51,156 nt of DNA, taken from NCBI GenBank assembly GCA_041739995.1, contig JBGSMV010000045.1, positions 1-51,156 on the forward strand. The letters are read 5' to 3'. Numbering within the stretch: position 1 is the first letter of the stretch; every line of letters begins with the position of its first letter. Origin of the DNA: Bdellovibrionota bacterium (GTDB lineage Bacteria; Bdellovibrionota_C; UBA2361; JBGSMV01). The notes under the pieces were generated by a model, which saw only the letters and a program-made list of their open reading frames with translations, was not told the origin of the DNA and ran no database searches. Below, piece after piece: positions 25,801 to 37,100 of the stretch. The position numbers were made by a program, and so were the translations under genes.

Positions 25801-27717
25801 ATGAAAAAATTGGACGAATGTAATTCTATTCCCGATGCTTTCTTCGCGATGGCGGCAGACCATCCGAGCTCGATAGTGTGTGAGCAGGCGCTTATTGACC
25901 CGGTCAGAGACTCTAAGGGAGGGGCTCGCCGTCGAAGAAAGGTTACGCTTGGGGAGTGCCGTACCCGAGTAATGGCACTTTCTCATTACTTCCGACGCTG
26001 CGGAATCCGTAAGGGTGACAAAGTTGCGATCATTTCCCAGTCTCGCCCTGAGTGGATGGAAGCGGACATTGCTGCGCAGGCTGCTGGCGCAGTGGTGGTG
26101 TCAGTGTATCCTTCGCTCCTTGCCGAAGAAATCGGTTACATACTATTCGACTCTGGCGCCAAAGTAGTAGTGGCGGAAAATCAAGAGCAACTGGATAAGC
26201 TTATTCATTTGCTTGAGAACGAGTGCCGAATGCCTTCCACTGAGGAACGCTCGCAACTCGCTACTCGAGTGCTCGTTGAGCGAATTGTTTGCTTCGAAGA
26301 ATTTAAGGTGCCCGAGCCTCATCGCTATCTTAGCGCTGGCGTGGAGCGAGCGGTTTCCTATTCCGACGCCTGCGCGACTGAATTTGATCCGTCAGTGGAA
26401 CTCCATGAGCCGTTGGTTCGAGACGATCTGGCAAGTCTGGTATACACTTCCGGGACCACGGGCGCGGCAAAGGGAGTCATACAAACTCATGGCAATCATC
26501 TCTCTAATGTTCGTCAGGCGAAGGAGTCGCGACTTTTTCTTGACGGCGCCCGTTTGGTAATCTTTCTTCCACTCGCGCATTCGTTTGCACGGCTTATGGC
26601 CTATATCGGCTACTTGACCCCGGCAACTCTCGAATTCCCTGCCATTGTAAGTACTCAGTCATCGCGAGCTGATCCAGAGTCTATTACCCGCGATATACGG
26701 GAGGGGTCGGCTGATTTGGTGCCCGCAGTTCCACGTATCTTTGAGAAGATGCAGGCTGGCGTAGAGCACAAGTGCAGGGGGAGCGGGCTTGCGGCCCGAT
26801 TGTTGGCTTTGACCTTATGGTCTGCAGCTCAGGTGTACCAAGCGAATAAAAGCGGAACGTCAGCGCCTATTTTTGCGAGGCTCGGATTTTGGTTTACAGG
26901 GTTCGTACGAAAGAAAATTTCTCGACAGCTCTTTGGAAGCAAGCTTCGCTTCGCTGTTTCAGGAGGTGCAAAGCTCCAGCCTGCGACAAACGAATTCTTC
27001 GATTCCCTCGGCATTCTTGTACTTGAGGGCTATGGGCTCACTGAGACGGTGGTAGCCACTAACATTAACCGACCTGAGAGTCGTCGTATTGGGACTGTGG
27101 GACCAGTGTTGGCCTCGGATATTGAGGTGAGAATTGCGGATGACGGGGAAATTTGTTTCCGAGGTCCTAACGTGGCGCTTGGTTACTTTAATCGCCCTGC
27201 GGCAACGAGTCAGTCTTGGGACGCTGACGGATGGTTTCACACTGGAGACCTTGGCATGCTTTCTGACGATGGATTTCTGTCGGTCACGGGGCGTAAGAAA
27301 GAACTGATCGTGACGTCAGGCGGAAAGAAAATTCCACCGGACCCAATTGAGCAGAAGCTTAAGCTATGCAAATTCGTCTCTCAGGTGATGGTGTTTGGCG
27401 ACGACAAGTCTTACTGCATAGCTCTGATCTGTCTGAATATGAACGCGGTCGAGATCTGGGCCTTCAAACAGGGCAAGACGGTTGGGCCAAGCACCGTGAC
27501 AGAAGAGGCTTTGAGGCGGGAGATTTGGGAACATGTAGTGAAGGTGAACGAGTCGCTTGCGAGTTACGAGTCCATTAAGAAGATCAGAATCCTGCCTGAA
27601 GAATTTACTTTGGAAAACGGACTGCTTACTCCGACGCTTAAGGTGCGACGGGCGCAAGTGGTGAAGCGTTTTCGAGAAGAGATTGAGGCTACCTATGCGA
27701 GCCCTGATCCGTATTGA
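25801..27717 (+). CDS. Long-chain fatty acid--CoA ligase (AMP-dependent synthetase)
   Basis: YTSGTTGAAKG, LPLAHSFAR, EGYGLTET, GWFHTGDLG, GRKKELIVTSGGK and LLTPTLK. Confidence 0.93.
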   Translation: MKKLDECNSIPDAFFAMAADHPSSIVCEQALIDPVRDSKGGARRRRKVTLGECRTRVMALSHYFRRCGIRKGDKVAIISQSRPEWMEADIAAQAAGAVVVSVYPSLLAEEIGYILFDSGAKVVVAENQEQLDKLIHLLENECRMPSTEERSQLATRVLVERIVCFEEFKVPEPHRYLSAGVERAVSYSDACATEFDPSVELHEPLVRDDLASLVYTSGTTGAAKGVIQTHGNHLSNVRQAKESRLFLDGARLVIFLPLAHSFARLMAYIGYLTPATLEFPAIVSTQSSRADPESITRDIREGSADLVPAVPRIFEKMQAGVEHKCRGSGLAARLLALTLWSAAQVYQANKSGTSAPIFARLGFWFTGFVRKKISRQLFGSKLRFAVSGGAKLQPATNEFFDSLGILVLEGYGLTETVVATNINRPESRRIGTVGPVLASDIEVRIADDGEICFRGPNVALGYFNRPAATSQSWDADGWFHTGDLGMLSDDGFLSVTGRKKELIVTSGGKKIPPDPIEQKLKLCKFVSQVMVFGDDKSYCIALICLNMNAVEIWAFKQGKTVGPSTVTEEALRREIWEHVVKVNESLASYESIKKIRILPEEFTLENGLLTPTLKVRRAQVVKRFREEIEATYASPDPY

Positions 27718-27961
27718 GCATTCTCTTCGAGTGAGCTGTCTTGGGGCCGTCAGTCAGGGGAAGAATTTCTAACATTTAGAAATGGAAGTGCCGTAGACCT
27801 TTTGATGGGCGACGTGACAGTTATTTATCTTGTTAAATTCACACCACTGCGTGCAATCCAACGTTGGGCATCTGTTGCCGAATTGACCGTAGTCAATCGA
27901 TATTATTGGGCTTTGTGTGCGGTTTGAATTGGAATAATGGATGGAGAACCCTAGCTCGTCC

Positions 27962-27999
27962 CCCTGTCCAGTTGTCAGTGAATTGATAACTGGACAGGG
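27962..27999. repeat. 16-bp inverted repeat (hairpin) in the intergenic gap between convergent genes
   Basis: CCCTGTCCAGTTGTCA-gtgaat-TGATAACTGGACAGGG, with one G-T wobble pair. Confidence 0.7.
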
Positions 28000-28124
28000 C
28001 TAATTATGATCAGACCACTGATAATTTGGACCGCATGCTTATTCAGCTTCTCAGGCCAGGCAGGGGGCGAAGGGGACATCGAGCGGAGCTTGGTGGAGAC
28101 TGAGCTTCGCCTGCTCAGACTGAA

Positions 28125-28763
28125 CTAGTTACGGGCATCAATGAACGGCGCTTCGGTCTTTGACTTGATTTCTTCGAGAGTTACGTCAGGACCTAGCTCA
28201 ATAAGTGACAGTCCTTTCTGGTCGATCGAGAAAACGCCCAGTTCGGTAATTACCATGTCGACCACGGTTTTGCCGGTAAGTGGCAAGCTGCATTCATTGA
28301 CCAGTTTTGCTGAGCCGTCTTTAGCATTGTGTTCCATGATGACTAGCACGCGTTTAACGCCTGCAACTAAGTCCATGGCGCCTCCCATGCCTTTCACCAT
28401 TTTCCCCGGTACCATCCAGTTGGCGAGGTCGCCGTTGCCGGAAACTTGCAGAGCGCCAAGAATCGCTAAGTCAATGTGTCCGCCTCGAATCATGGAAAAG
28501 GAAGTCGCTGAATCGAAGTAAGAACTGTCAGAAAGCTCAGAGATGGTCTGTTTTCCTGCGTTGATTAAGTCAGCATCGACTTGGCTCTCGGTCGGGTAGG
28601 GGCCCATGCCCAGCATTCCATTCTCACTTTGCAGAGTAATGTCGATACCTGCCGGAATATGATTGGCAACCATGGTGGGGATGCCAATCCCGAGATTCAC
28701 ATAGTACCCGTCTTCGAGCTCGGCGGCAGCGCGCGCGCACATTTGGTCTTTATTCCAAGGCAT
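28125..28763 (-). CDS. scoB: Succinyl-CoA:3-oxoacid CoA-transferase subunit B
   Basis: YVNLGIGIPT, LQSENG (catalytic Glu), DLINAGKQT and KGMGGAMDLV. Start at MPWNKDQM. Confidence 0.93.
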   Translation of the reverse strand: MPWNKDQMCARAAAELEDGYYVNLGIGIPTMVANHIPAGIDITLQSENGMLGMGPYPTESQVDADLINAGKQTISELSDSSYFDSATSFSMIRGGHIDLAILGALQVSGNGDLANWMVPGKMVKGMGGAMDLVAGVKRVLVIMEHNAKDGSAKLVNECSLPLTGKTVVDMVITELGVFSIDQKGLSLIELGPDVTLEEIKSKTEAPFIDARN

Positions 28764-28767
28764 GTGG

Positions 28768-29466
28768 TTACTTTCCCCTGGTAGTTTTAAATTCAATTCT
28801 CTTTTCGAACAGCTTCCCGACGAACAGTCTCTGCACGAAGATGCCTGGTGTGTGCACATCGTCCGCTCCGATCTTTCCATTTGGAACAAGTTCTTCGACT
28901 TCCACGACCGTGACCTTTCCCGCCATCGCCATCAACGGATTGAAGTTTCTCGCTGTCTTTCTATAAACAAGATTACCTTCTTGATCTGCTTTCCAGGCTT
29001 TAATAATCGAGAGGTCCGCGCGCAGGGCCGTTTCCATTACGTAGGTTTCGCCATTGAATTCGCGAGTTTCTTTGCCTTCGGCTACGATGGTGCCGACGCC
29101 GGTCTTGGTAAAGAAAGCGGGGATGCCGGAGCCGCCTATTCGAATGCGTTCAGCTAAGGTGCCTTGGGGATTGAACTCCAAAGCGAGTTCGCCACTAAGG
29201 TATAGTTGCTCGAAAGTTTTATTCTCGCCGACGTACGACGAGACCATCTTTTTGATCTGCTTAGTCTTGAGCAATATGCCGAGACCAAAGTCATCTACGC
29301 CGCAATTATTCGAAATAATGGTAAGGTTATTTACTCCCGCATCCCGAATTGCGGCGATGCAGTGTTCTGGAATACCACAAAGGCCAAAGCCTCCCGCCAT
29401 GATAGTCATGCCGTCGAAGAGCAGTCCCTCAAGGGCTTGAGAAGCGTCTGCGAAGTGTTTCTTCAT
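28768..29466 (-). CDS. scoA: Succinyl-CoA:3-oxoacid CoA-transferase subunit A
   Basis: GGFGLCGIPE, SSYVGENK, PQGTLAERIR and TARNFNP. Start at MKKHF. Confidence 0.93.
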   Translation of the reverse strand: MKKHFADASQALEGLLFDGMTIMAGGFGLCGIPEHCIAAIRDAGVNNLTIISNNCGVDDFGLGILLKTKQIKKMVSSYVGENKTFEQLYLSGELALEFNPQGTLAERIRIGGSGIPAFFTKTGVGTIVAEGKETREFNGETYVMETALRADLSIIKAWKADQEGNLVYRKTARNFNPLMAMAGKVTVVEVEELVPNGKIGADDVHTPGIFVQRLFVGKLFEKRIEFKTTRGK

Positions 29467-30061
29467 CGAATGCCCAAAGTGTAAGCGCCAACGGGGTGCC
29501 GCGGTGACGAGAGTCGCCTGGGCCGTACCAACCAATTTGAGGTCTGACGATAGCCGATAGCCAGTCCTGGCTGCAAGGAAAAGAGGCACCTCTGTAGGCT
29601 ACGGTTCGAACAAAATCTGAGGTGAGGTGGAAGCATGCGCGTGAATAGCGATTTTAGATCGCGACTTCGCTTGGCTGTCTTATTCTTTACTCGGCCATTC
29701 GCTTCAACCTCTATCGAGGGTGCCTGAATCACAATAGTCGATATCCCGACAGCTGCGAGAACCGGGTGCAGCCAAAAACCGCTGTAGCCAGATTCGGAAC
29801 AGGTCCATACTTCAATTCCGAAAAGTACCTCCTCATCAACAGGATACCTGCCTTGGACTCTGACGGCTTCCAGCGTAGGCTACACACTCCGCGACCAGAT
29901 CTTCCTGCACGTCATAGAATAATCAAATTGTTCGCAACTAATTCGATTACTTATGGCTGGAGGACGATGCCCCTTACGTCTCTCCAGCTACATAGCAACT
30001 ATTCTTCTGACATTGTGAGAGCCCATAGACCAATCTCTTACAAACGCTATTATTACGCACT

Positions 30062-31837
30062 GTGATCGTCTCTTCTCATTCCAAACTGTACTTGCGCGCG
30101 CTGGTGTGCGTGCTTATTGGCGCTGTTTTGTGGCTTTGGTATCCAGTGGTCTCCCCCTCAGCCTCACCAGTAACAGTGACTCACATGGGGTCAACCGAAC
30201 GAGCTGAGCTCCCCTTTCGCACCGAGAGTGTGTCCCAGGCGCGCTACGCGCTGAGTTTTCGTATGTCGCATAGCGCAGCTTCTGCCACCCGCTACAATCT
30301 TTGGGCGGATGATTGCCTCGAGCATGTGGTAGTGAACGGAGTGTCGCTCTCGCGCTATCCTCTCCCACTATGCGATTGGGGGAAGAGTTTTGAGTTCGAT
30401 CTCTCCTCAGTTCTTAAAGACGGGCAGAACGATTTCACCATTATAATTTCGAATCATCCAGGCAACGGGGGATTTCACCTCGCTCCGTCTTTCTTCGATT
30501 CACGGGTTCTCTCGTTTCGAATAACCACCTGCGTGTTCATTCTTTGGCTCACCTGGATCGCCACGGGTGGTCTGATTCGCTACCCACTCACGCGGGCATC
30601 ACTGTTGCTAGGTGTTTTTCTTCGCTTATTTTACTTTTACGTGACTCCCGCGCGAGTTCGGTCCCATGATTTTGAAGGACACCTTGAATTTATCTATTTT
30701 ATCGCAACGCATCTCCAGCTACCGCCCGCATCTCAGGGGTGGGAGTTTCACCAGCCACCGCTGTATTATCTGTTCACCGGAGGAGTCCTCCACCTACTTC
30801 AGAGTGTCGGATCTTCAGCGTCTGAGGTGCTGAGCTACCTGCAACTATTTTCCCTGGTATGCGCGATTTGCACCCTCTTTGTTGGTGTCAAAATTGGGGA
30901 AATTGTGTTCGGAGAGCGGAGTCGGGAACTTCCGCTGCTCGCCTATAGCTTGATCCTCTCGACCTTGCCTAGTCTAGTCTTCTCAAGCACGCGAGTGTCC
31001 AATGACGTGCTCTTCCACCTCTTCGCGTTCACATGGATGTTGGCTATTGTCAGGTGGTGGTACAAGCCCACCAGGCTCGCATGGCTACCCGTACTGGCGC
31101 TGCTCATGCTGTTGTGCGTTACCAAAGCGACTGCCGCGCCGCTGATCGCGAGTACCTTGGTCCTGTCGCTCTTGCGACCTCAGGTTTCCCGCTCACACAG
31201 AATCCTCGCTTTCACCTCGGGAGCTTTAGTCTCTGCTCTCACCGTCGGCAGCCTATGGCTATATCGTAGCGCCGTAGAGGCCGCGCCGTCCCTCTTCGAT
31301 AAGGGGCAGACGCTGCACAGCGCACTCCGAGTGGGGAACGGTCTCGCCAATTTCCTGCATTTCAATCTTAGGGATGTTCTCATCACTCCATTCAACAATC
31401 CTTGGGGCGACGAGGCTGGGCGACAACATTTCTGGGAGTTCCTGTTTCGGTCGATTTTTTTTGGCGAATTTCAATATGCGCCTGAAATCGAGGGGCTGGC
31501 GAGCTGCATTCTTCTGTTCGGATTCCTCTGGATTGTGTTCGCACTATGGGGCTTTGCTTGCGCCGGCACTGCCAAGGAATTCTCGTTCGTTCCACTGGCG
31601 GTTGTCGGCCTCTCTCTACTGGGCGCTTTGATAACGTTTCGAGTTTGGTATCCCTTTGCGGTTCATCAGGATTTTAGATTCATTCACCTCCTGGGCGTCC
31701 CATTGGCAGCTTTTCCTTCCATGTGTCGCCCACCTTCAAGGGCTTTAACAATCGGATTAGCCACGCTGACTGGCACGTTAGCCCTACTATTGATCCTCTT
31801 TCTCCTGCTGCTCCTCGATAATTTCGCGCCGCTCTAG
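30062..31837 (+). CDS. GT-C fold (ArnT/PMT, GT39-like) membrane glycosyltransferase with an N-terminal beta-sandwich
   Basis: Many TM helices; HDFEGH, GWEFHQPPLYY, SNDVL and TKAT. The N-terminal ADDCLEHVVVNG...LKDGQN segment resembles a carbohydrate-binding sandwich. Confidence 0.7.
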   Translation: MIVSSHSKLYLRALVCVLIGAVLWLWYPVVSPSASPVTVTHMGSTERAELPFRTESVSQARYALSFRMSHSAASATRYNLWADDCLEHVVVNGVSLSRYPLPLCDWGKSFEFDLSSVLKDGQNDFTIIISNHPGNGGFHLAPSFFDSRVLSFRITTCVFILWLTWIATGGLIRYPLTRASLLLGVFLRLFYFYVTPARVRSHDFEGHLEFIYFIATHLQLPPASQGWEFHQPPLYYLFTGGVLHLLQSVGSSASEVLSYLQLFSLVCAICTLFVGVKIGEIVFGERSRELPLLAYSLILSTLPSLVFSSTRVSNDVLFHLFAFTWMLAIVRWWYKPTRLAWLPVLALLMLLCVTKATAAPLIASTLVLSLLRPQVSRSHRILAFTSGALVSALTVGSLWLYRSAVEAAPSLFDKGQTLHSALRVGNGLANFLHFNLRDVLITPFNNPWGDEAGRQHFWEFLFRSIFFGEFQYAPEIEGLASCILLFGFLWIVFALWGFACAGTAKEFSFVPLAVVGLSLLGALITFRVWYPFAVHQDFRFIHLLGVPLAAFPSMCRPPSRALTIGLATLTGTLALLLILFLLLLLDNFAPL

Positions 31838-31866
31838 CGAATTTGTGTAGAGAGCACAAATGGGGT

Positions 31867-31924
31867 TAGCCTCCCGCGCAGGGCTACCCTCAAGAAAGAT
31901 CCTGGGGGGGGGAGCGCGGGGCTA
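31867..31924. terminator. GC-rich stem-loop downstream of the glycosyltransferase gene
   Basis: TAGC-CT-CCCGCGC ... GCGCGGG-GCTA arms enclose a G9 run. No clear U-tract. Confidence 0.3.
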
Positions 31925-32348
31925 GCGTTACATTCAGCCTATTGAGCGGAACTTCGCCCTTCGCCGTCATCCGCGTTCGTCAGAGCGCGTTCGTCAGAGT
32001 TTGATCCTTCTCAACCAGGTTTGATGTGCAGACGTGCGGCGCCAATACATTAGGCCGTGGGAGTGCGGGCACAGCTTAGCGAGCTGTCGCTTTCTCACAC
32101 TCTCGTGGGTGACGACCTGGCGCCAAATTTCCTGCTCTCTGCCGACTATCTTGGTCAGCAGAGAGTGGGGGGTGTTTTTTGGTTTTTCGTAATCCCCATC
32201 TCTTCTTAATGTGCGCGATCGTTTCGCGCGCATTGGTTTCTCAACACGGCACTCTCAAGTCAATTGAGTGCCTCACCATTTTCCCATGGAGATACGTTAC
32301 GTACCTCCAAGTGAAACACATACGGCAAAAAAGCCGGGGAGTACATCA

Positions 32349-33389
32349 ATGCGGTTTTTCCTCTCTCTTGCAGTGACCATCGGTCTTCTTCAGAGTTCGG
32401 TTTTCGCGCGGTTTGTGGGCACGGACCAGGCCTACTCGGCGGAGCAAGTGGTCGGGGCAAACGGGCGAGCGTTCTTGGCCAGAGATCTTGCCGAAGACGG
32501 TACCGTTTCGGGCAGCATCGATGGATCCCCCGCCTTGTGGTCTTCCGTCGACGGTCCTCGTTCACTCGCCACCGGAGAAAACGCCACGCTCAAGGGGGCA
32601 GGCATGAAAGTCGCCAAGACGAGCGCCGGTCACACCACACTGGTGCAGGTGTCTGTCTCATCCCAGGCACCGCGGGAGTGGCGCGTATTGGAGATCAACT
32701 CACGGGGACAAGTGACTGATAGGTCAGTCGTTGTGAACCCCAAGGGGCCGGTGCGAGCCTTGGATCTTCGGGGCATGGATGAGACGGGCAGCGTCCTTGG
32801 CAACATGATGTTCAAGGAAGGCAGCTCGCCGACTTACATCGGACCGGCGAAGTTCACGCGCGGCACAATCTCGAAAGTAGCTCCACCGAAAGAGATGAAC
32901 GGTGCGCTTCTTGACTCTTCTGGTCAGTGGAGCTGCGGCATTCTGGTTCTTCGAGCCAATGCAGCAGCCAAGGAACAAGCCGCGGTGTGCAAACCTTCCG
33001 GCCAATGGGTCCTAGTCACTGATGGCCAGAAGGACGTGACTGAGTCGAGCGCCTCCGCCATCTCGTCATCGGGCGAGACAGTGGGAAGTTTCATAAAGGC
33101 CGGAAAGGTCTATCCGTTTCTTTGGTCGCCTTCTGAGGGGGGCGCCTTCGTCCAGCTTGGCGAATCCAGCGGTGAAGCGCTGGACATCAACGACTCTGGG
33201 ACGATTGTCGGTCACCTTGGAGACAAAGCGATGCTCTACGATCGCAGCCAGAATCGGTGGATTGAAATCGACTCTCTGACCAACGCTAAAGACCTCCGCT
33301 TCAGGTCGGCTCTGTCTATCAATGCCAAGGGCCAAATCTTGGCGCTCAGCAGCGACGGCGTGTACTACGTGCTCACGCCAGGGAAGTGA
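32349..33389 (+). CDS. Secreted HAF-repeat-like (beta-repeat) protein
   Basis: Signal peptide MRFFLSLAVTIGLLQSSVFA and repeats ASAISSSGETVG, ALDINDSGTIVG and ALSINAKGQIL. GGGGAG upstream of ATG 32349. Confidence 0.75.
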   Translation: MRFFLSLAVTIGLLQSSVFARFVGTDQAYSAEQVVGANGRAFLARDLAEDGTVSGSIDGSPALWSSVDGPRSLATGENATLKGAGMKVAKTSAGHTTLVQVSVSSQAPREWRVLEINSRGQVTDRSVVVNPKGPVRALDLRGMDETGSVLGNMMFKEGSSPTYIGPAKFTRGTISKVAPPKEMNGALLDSSGQWSCGILVLRANAAAKEQAAVCKPSGQWVLVTDGQKDVTESSASAISSSGETVGSFIKAGKVYPFLWSPSEGGAFVQLGESSGEALDINDSGTIVGHLGDKAMLYDRSQNRWIEIDSLTNAKDLRFRSALSINAKGQILALSSDGVYYVLTPGK

Positions 33390-33421
33390 TCAGTGTCGGG
33401 CGTCGCATGGGATAACACATC

Positions 33422-33495
33422 ATCGAGAGGGGGGGGGTAATCAGCGCTCAGGGTTTACTCGAAATAAGGTTGCCACTTCACCCCCCCCTCTCGAT
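33422..33495. repeat. Inverted repeat with homopolymer arms
   Basis: ATCGAGA-G9 ... C8-TCTCGAT, separated by about 43 nt, just downstream of the HAF-repeat gene. Confidence 0.65.
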
Positions 33496-33861
33496 TCTCA
33501 CCTCATTGAATCGATGTGCAGTTCCTTCTTACGCTCTATCAGACTCGTCAGAGGTCCCTTCCGCGGGGGGCTTTCTCACAAACTCAAAGCCACACGCCCG
33601 CGCAGGGTCGTTTCGCGGAGTTACGCTCAGCCCCACCTGTCGGTTGGGCATCCTGGTCTATCTGGTGGGGCCATGAAAAGACTTGTTTCCGGTCCTGCTA
33701 TAGATCCTTAACTTGCTTCCAAGGAATGATGGCAGTATAAGGCACCGAGAATGAGGCGCGGTCATTCATGCCTCAGTAGATCTTTCTCTTCCTCGTCCTG
33801 AGTAGTGCGTGTATACGTTTGTTCTCCGAAGGTTTTGCGATTCACCTCGCCCTTACACTAC

Positions 33862-33891
33862 ATTTATTTCCGAACAATTTATTTCCGAACA
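33862..33891. repeat. Perfect 15-bp tandem duplication
   Basis: ATTTATTTCCGAACA occurs twice. A third partial copy, TTCCGAAC, lies at 33899-33906. Confidence 0.8.
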
Positions 33892-34188
33892 GCACCGCTT
33901 CCGAACCGCTTCGTTTGCATACAACGCTGGGTTTCTGATCAGCCTAGTATTTGGATACGAAGTTTCAATTCAAACCTGAGCTCTATTCAAACTCAGCCTA
34001 TCAGAGTCAGACTGAGCCTCACGGCAACTCCATCGATTGCGTTCGCGCAAGATGGTTTCGCAAGCGATTGTTCAGATCGAATCGGCAATTAACGTTAGCA
34101 CGTCACTTCCGAGGAGCTTGCGTGAAAAGCCGGATTGCGTGGTCTGCCAAGCAGCTTTCGTACTCCACTTAACTAGGGAGCACACGGT

Positions 34189-37100
34189 ATGATTAGAAGT
34201 TTGCCACTATATTTGTCGTTCTCCTTCCAGTGCGCTCGGAATTCTCGGGGGCCTCAGCCTTCTTTGGCGCTACTGTGCGTCCGAGCATTGCCTCTCTTCG
34301 CTTTTCTGCTGACCTCACTCGCGACGGTGGTAGTTGATGCCAAGGCTCAAGGCGCTCGCCTCGCAGCCAGCGATGACAATGTCCAATTTTCGAATGGTGT
34401 CCTGCGGCATCATCGTTACGACGACATCGATCTGTACACTCGAAGTTTACACGGAATTTCTTATGCAGTTGGGCCAGTCGAGCTACAGTATAATGAGAGT
34501 TATCCTGACACAGGCGGGTACTTTCACGACCGTGCCGGCAATTTTGATCTAAAGTCGGTCAACTTTGAACAAGGAATCGTTGTCGGTCTTCCCCGCGTAT
34601 ACGCGAATTGGATCTACGACGGAGTTCTTCGCTATCGTCTTGGTCCTACTCGCCCATCGGGAAGCCAAGGGGGATACGGAGATTATCAGTTCCAAACGCT
34701 AATCTCGAGTGGGCGCTATGTCGCGATTGATATTGGGTTTCCCGATGCCCAACTGCACGACACGGAACTTGGACTCAACTATCATCTCAGACTTCATGAC
34801 GTCGACGGCTCCTGGATTCCGTATGAGATAGTGACCGAGAGCGGTCACGTCGTTGAGGTGACTTGGAACGAAACTCTCTCACAGCATGGACTCCCGCTTC
34901 CCGCTTCGTTTCGTCTCAGCATGGGAGGTATTGAATTAGAGAGGCTAGAGCTCTCCTACACTACCTCAGGTCCTCGCCCACGCCTTACGTCAATCAATTC
35001 TTTTCTTAACGGCCAATTTGCCGCGTGGCGTAGTGTCTGGCTTGGCTACTTGAGCTCAGGGCATCAACCGGAATTTATCCTGAATCGTTTGTTTCTTGGG
35101 GCCAATGGTAGCGGCCCGTTGCAGCCAAATTTAGTTCCCAGCGGTTTACGCCTCTCCTATGGCACCGCGGGAAATAAAGATATTTTGCTCCGACTCAATA
35201 ACTATCAGAACAAGCAGCTAAAGGAGTTTCTCCTCTCTGAGGTTCCGGTTCCTCCGTTCAATCTGGTTCGAACTGTGTACTCTGGCATTCGAATCGGAGG
35301 CCCCACTCGAGCGCCGACTACACTCGTCTATCAGCTTAGCGGTCCAAGCGGTCAAGACCGCAGTGCCATCGTGACCTCACCGCTCAGACCTAACGATCCT
35401 CTGACCATGGATCTAGACAGCGAGATTGGGACGTTAGTGCGGATGTCGCGCGCTTCCTGTCCTAACCCCCTTTACCAGGCCACTTATTCAAACGGAGGTC
35501 CCTCATCCGGATATCTCGAAAGCGAGCAGCTGCGTCATGAATGTGATAAACTCCTCACTCGAACTTTCGTATACTCACCGCAGGGGTTCTTGGAGGGTAT
35601 CGAAACAGTCGGTGTCGGGTCTGACGGTCAGCCCCTCACTCGTTCATTTTCAATGGCTACCCGTTCAACGCTTACCGCCAGCGGCACGCGAAGCTATCGA
35701 CTCACCGAGACTACCGATACGTTTGGGCGCTCGATGAGTTGGGACTATGACGATAAGGGTCGCATGACCGAGGAATGGTCAAGCGAACCCGGAGATAACA
35801 TACAAACCCATTACTCATTTTGGGATAGTGCCGGCACCCAGGTACAGAGCGTCGTGCACACGTTTGAAAACGCTCGACAGTCCGAGGCGCTGTTTTCTCA
35901 GGCTGGGCTACTTCTGCAAACCTCTGAGGCGGCAAACACACCGGACGAGGTCACTCAGTCCTATTTGTACGACCCCATGCTCCGCGCGCAAGCATTAGTG
36001 GACTACCGAGGGAACCAGACGACTCTGTCCTACGATGAGAACGGCAACCTAGAGCGCCTTGCCCTTATTCCAAGTGGTGGAGAAGAGCACGTCACTACTA
36101 CCTATAGCTTCCACCCGGACTTCCCCCAAACGGTGCGTCGCGTCGACATCGAATGGGAAAAGGGCGGACTCCATCAGTCGGGATTCTCGGAACTGACTTT
36201 CCTGAGCGATACGCCTGTAGCGACCAAGCAAGTTCTTGGTGGTTCGTCTACTACTCCGCTTACTGCCTGGAGCACTGAGTTTGATCCTTCCACACTACGA
36301 CTCACGCGCTATTGCATGCGACCAGATTTCTCAAGCAATAGTGGGTGTCAAAACTTCAACTTTCGTGCGGACGGGGTGTTTGCGGGACTTCCGCACTACG
36401 TGGACTATGCGGGCGGACTCTCCTCGGGCGGGTATCGCAGGACCTTCCTGTATGGCGCCTTCACCGATTTGATCGGCTCGCGGGTGCAGGATCAGGCGCT
36501 AGATTATTCCACCTATCGCACCTTCGATGATTTCGGCCGTCTGCGACAAGCGCAGTCGATTCCCGCTAGTGGCAGCCCAGAGCTGCTTGAGTATCGCTTC
36601 GACGCGAATGACCGCTTGGTCGGACAAAGGAAGTTCATCGGCGGGATCCTTACTTCGGACCTGCAACAAGAATTTTTACTGAATGGCGCGTCAGATCGTC
36701 CGGCTCGCTTCGAGGATTTAGTATCTGAGCTGCGCACAACCTACGAATATGCTGACAGTTTCGGACGACTCACACGAGCGCGAACAACTATCGGCGACTC
36801 GCGCCTACAAGAAGATTTCTTTGTCGATGCGGGTTCGTTCGATAGCTTCAATCGACCGCGGACTTTTTCAAGGTTCGTCGATGGGGCTGGCTCTTTGACC
36901 TGGCAGGCAAACTGGAACACTTTGGGAGATCTCGTCTCTCGCTCTGACGAGCGCGGGAATCCAACTATATTTGAGTACGATTCGTTCGGGCGAATGACGC
37001 ACCAACTCACTCCCTTGTTCGATATTGCGGTAGTCTACGGTATATCCAGCAACGGACGATTCATTCGTACAATTTCGACCGAGCGCACCACCAATTCGAG

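Noticed and set aside
29467..30061. Long intergenic region with short ORFs (29463-29732, 29766-30065) as possible small genes, tRNA or riboswitch
   Set aside because: I found no recognisable motif, RBS, cloverleaf or riboswitch consensus by eye. It is most simply a divergent promoter region. An Rfam scan would be needed to exclude an RNA.
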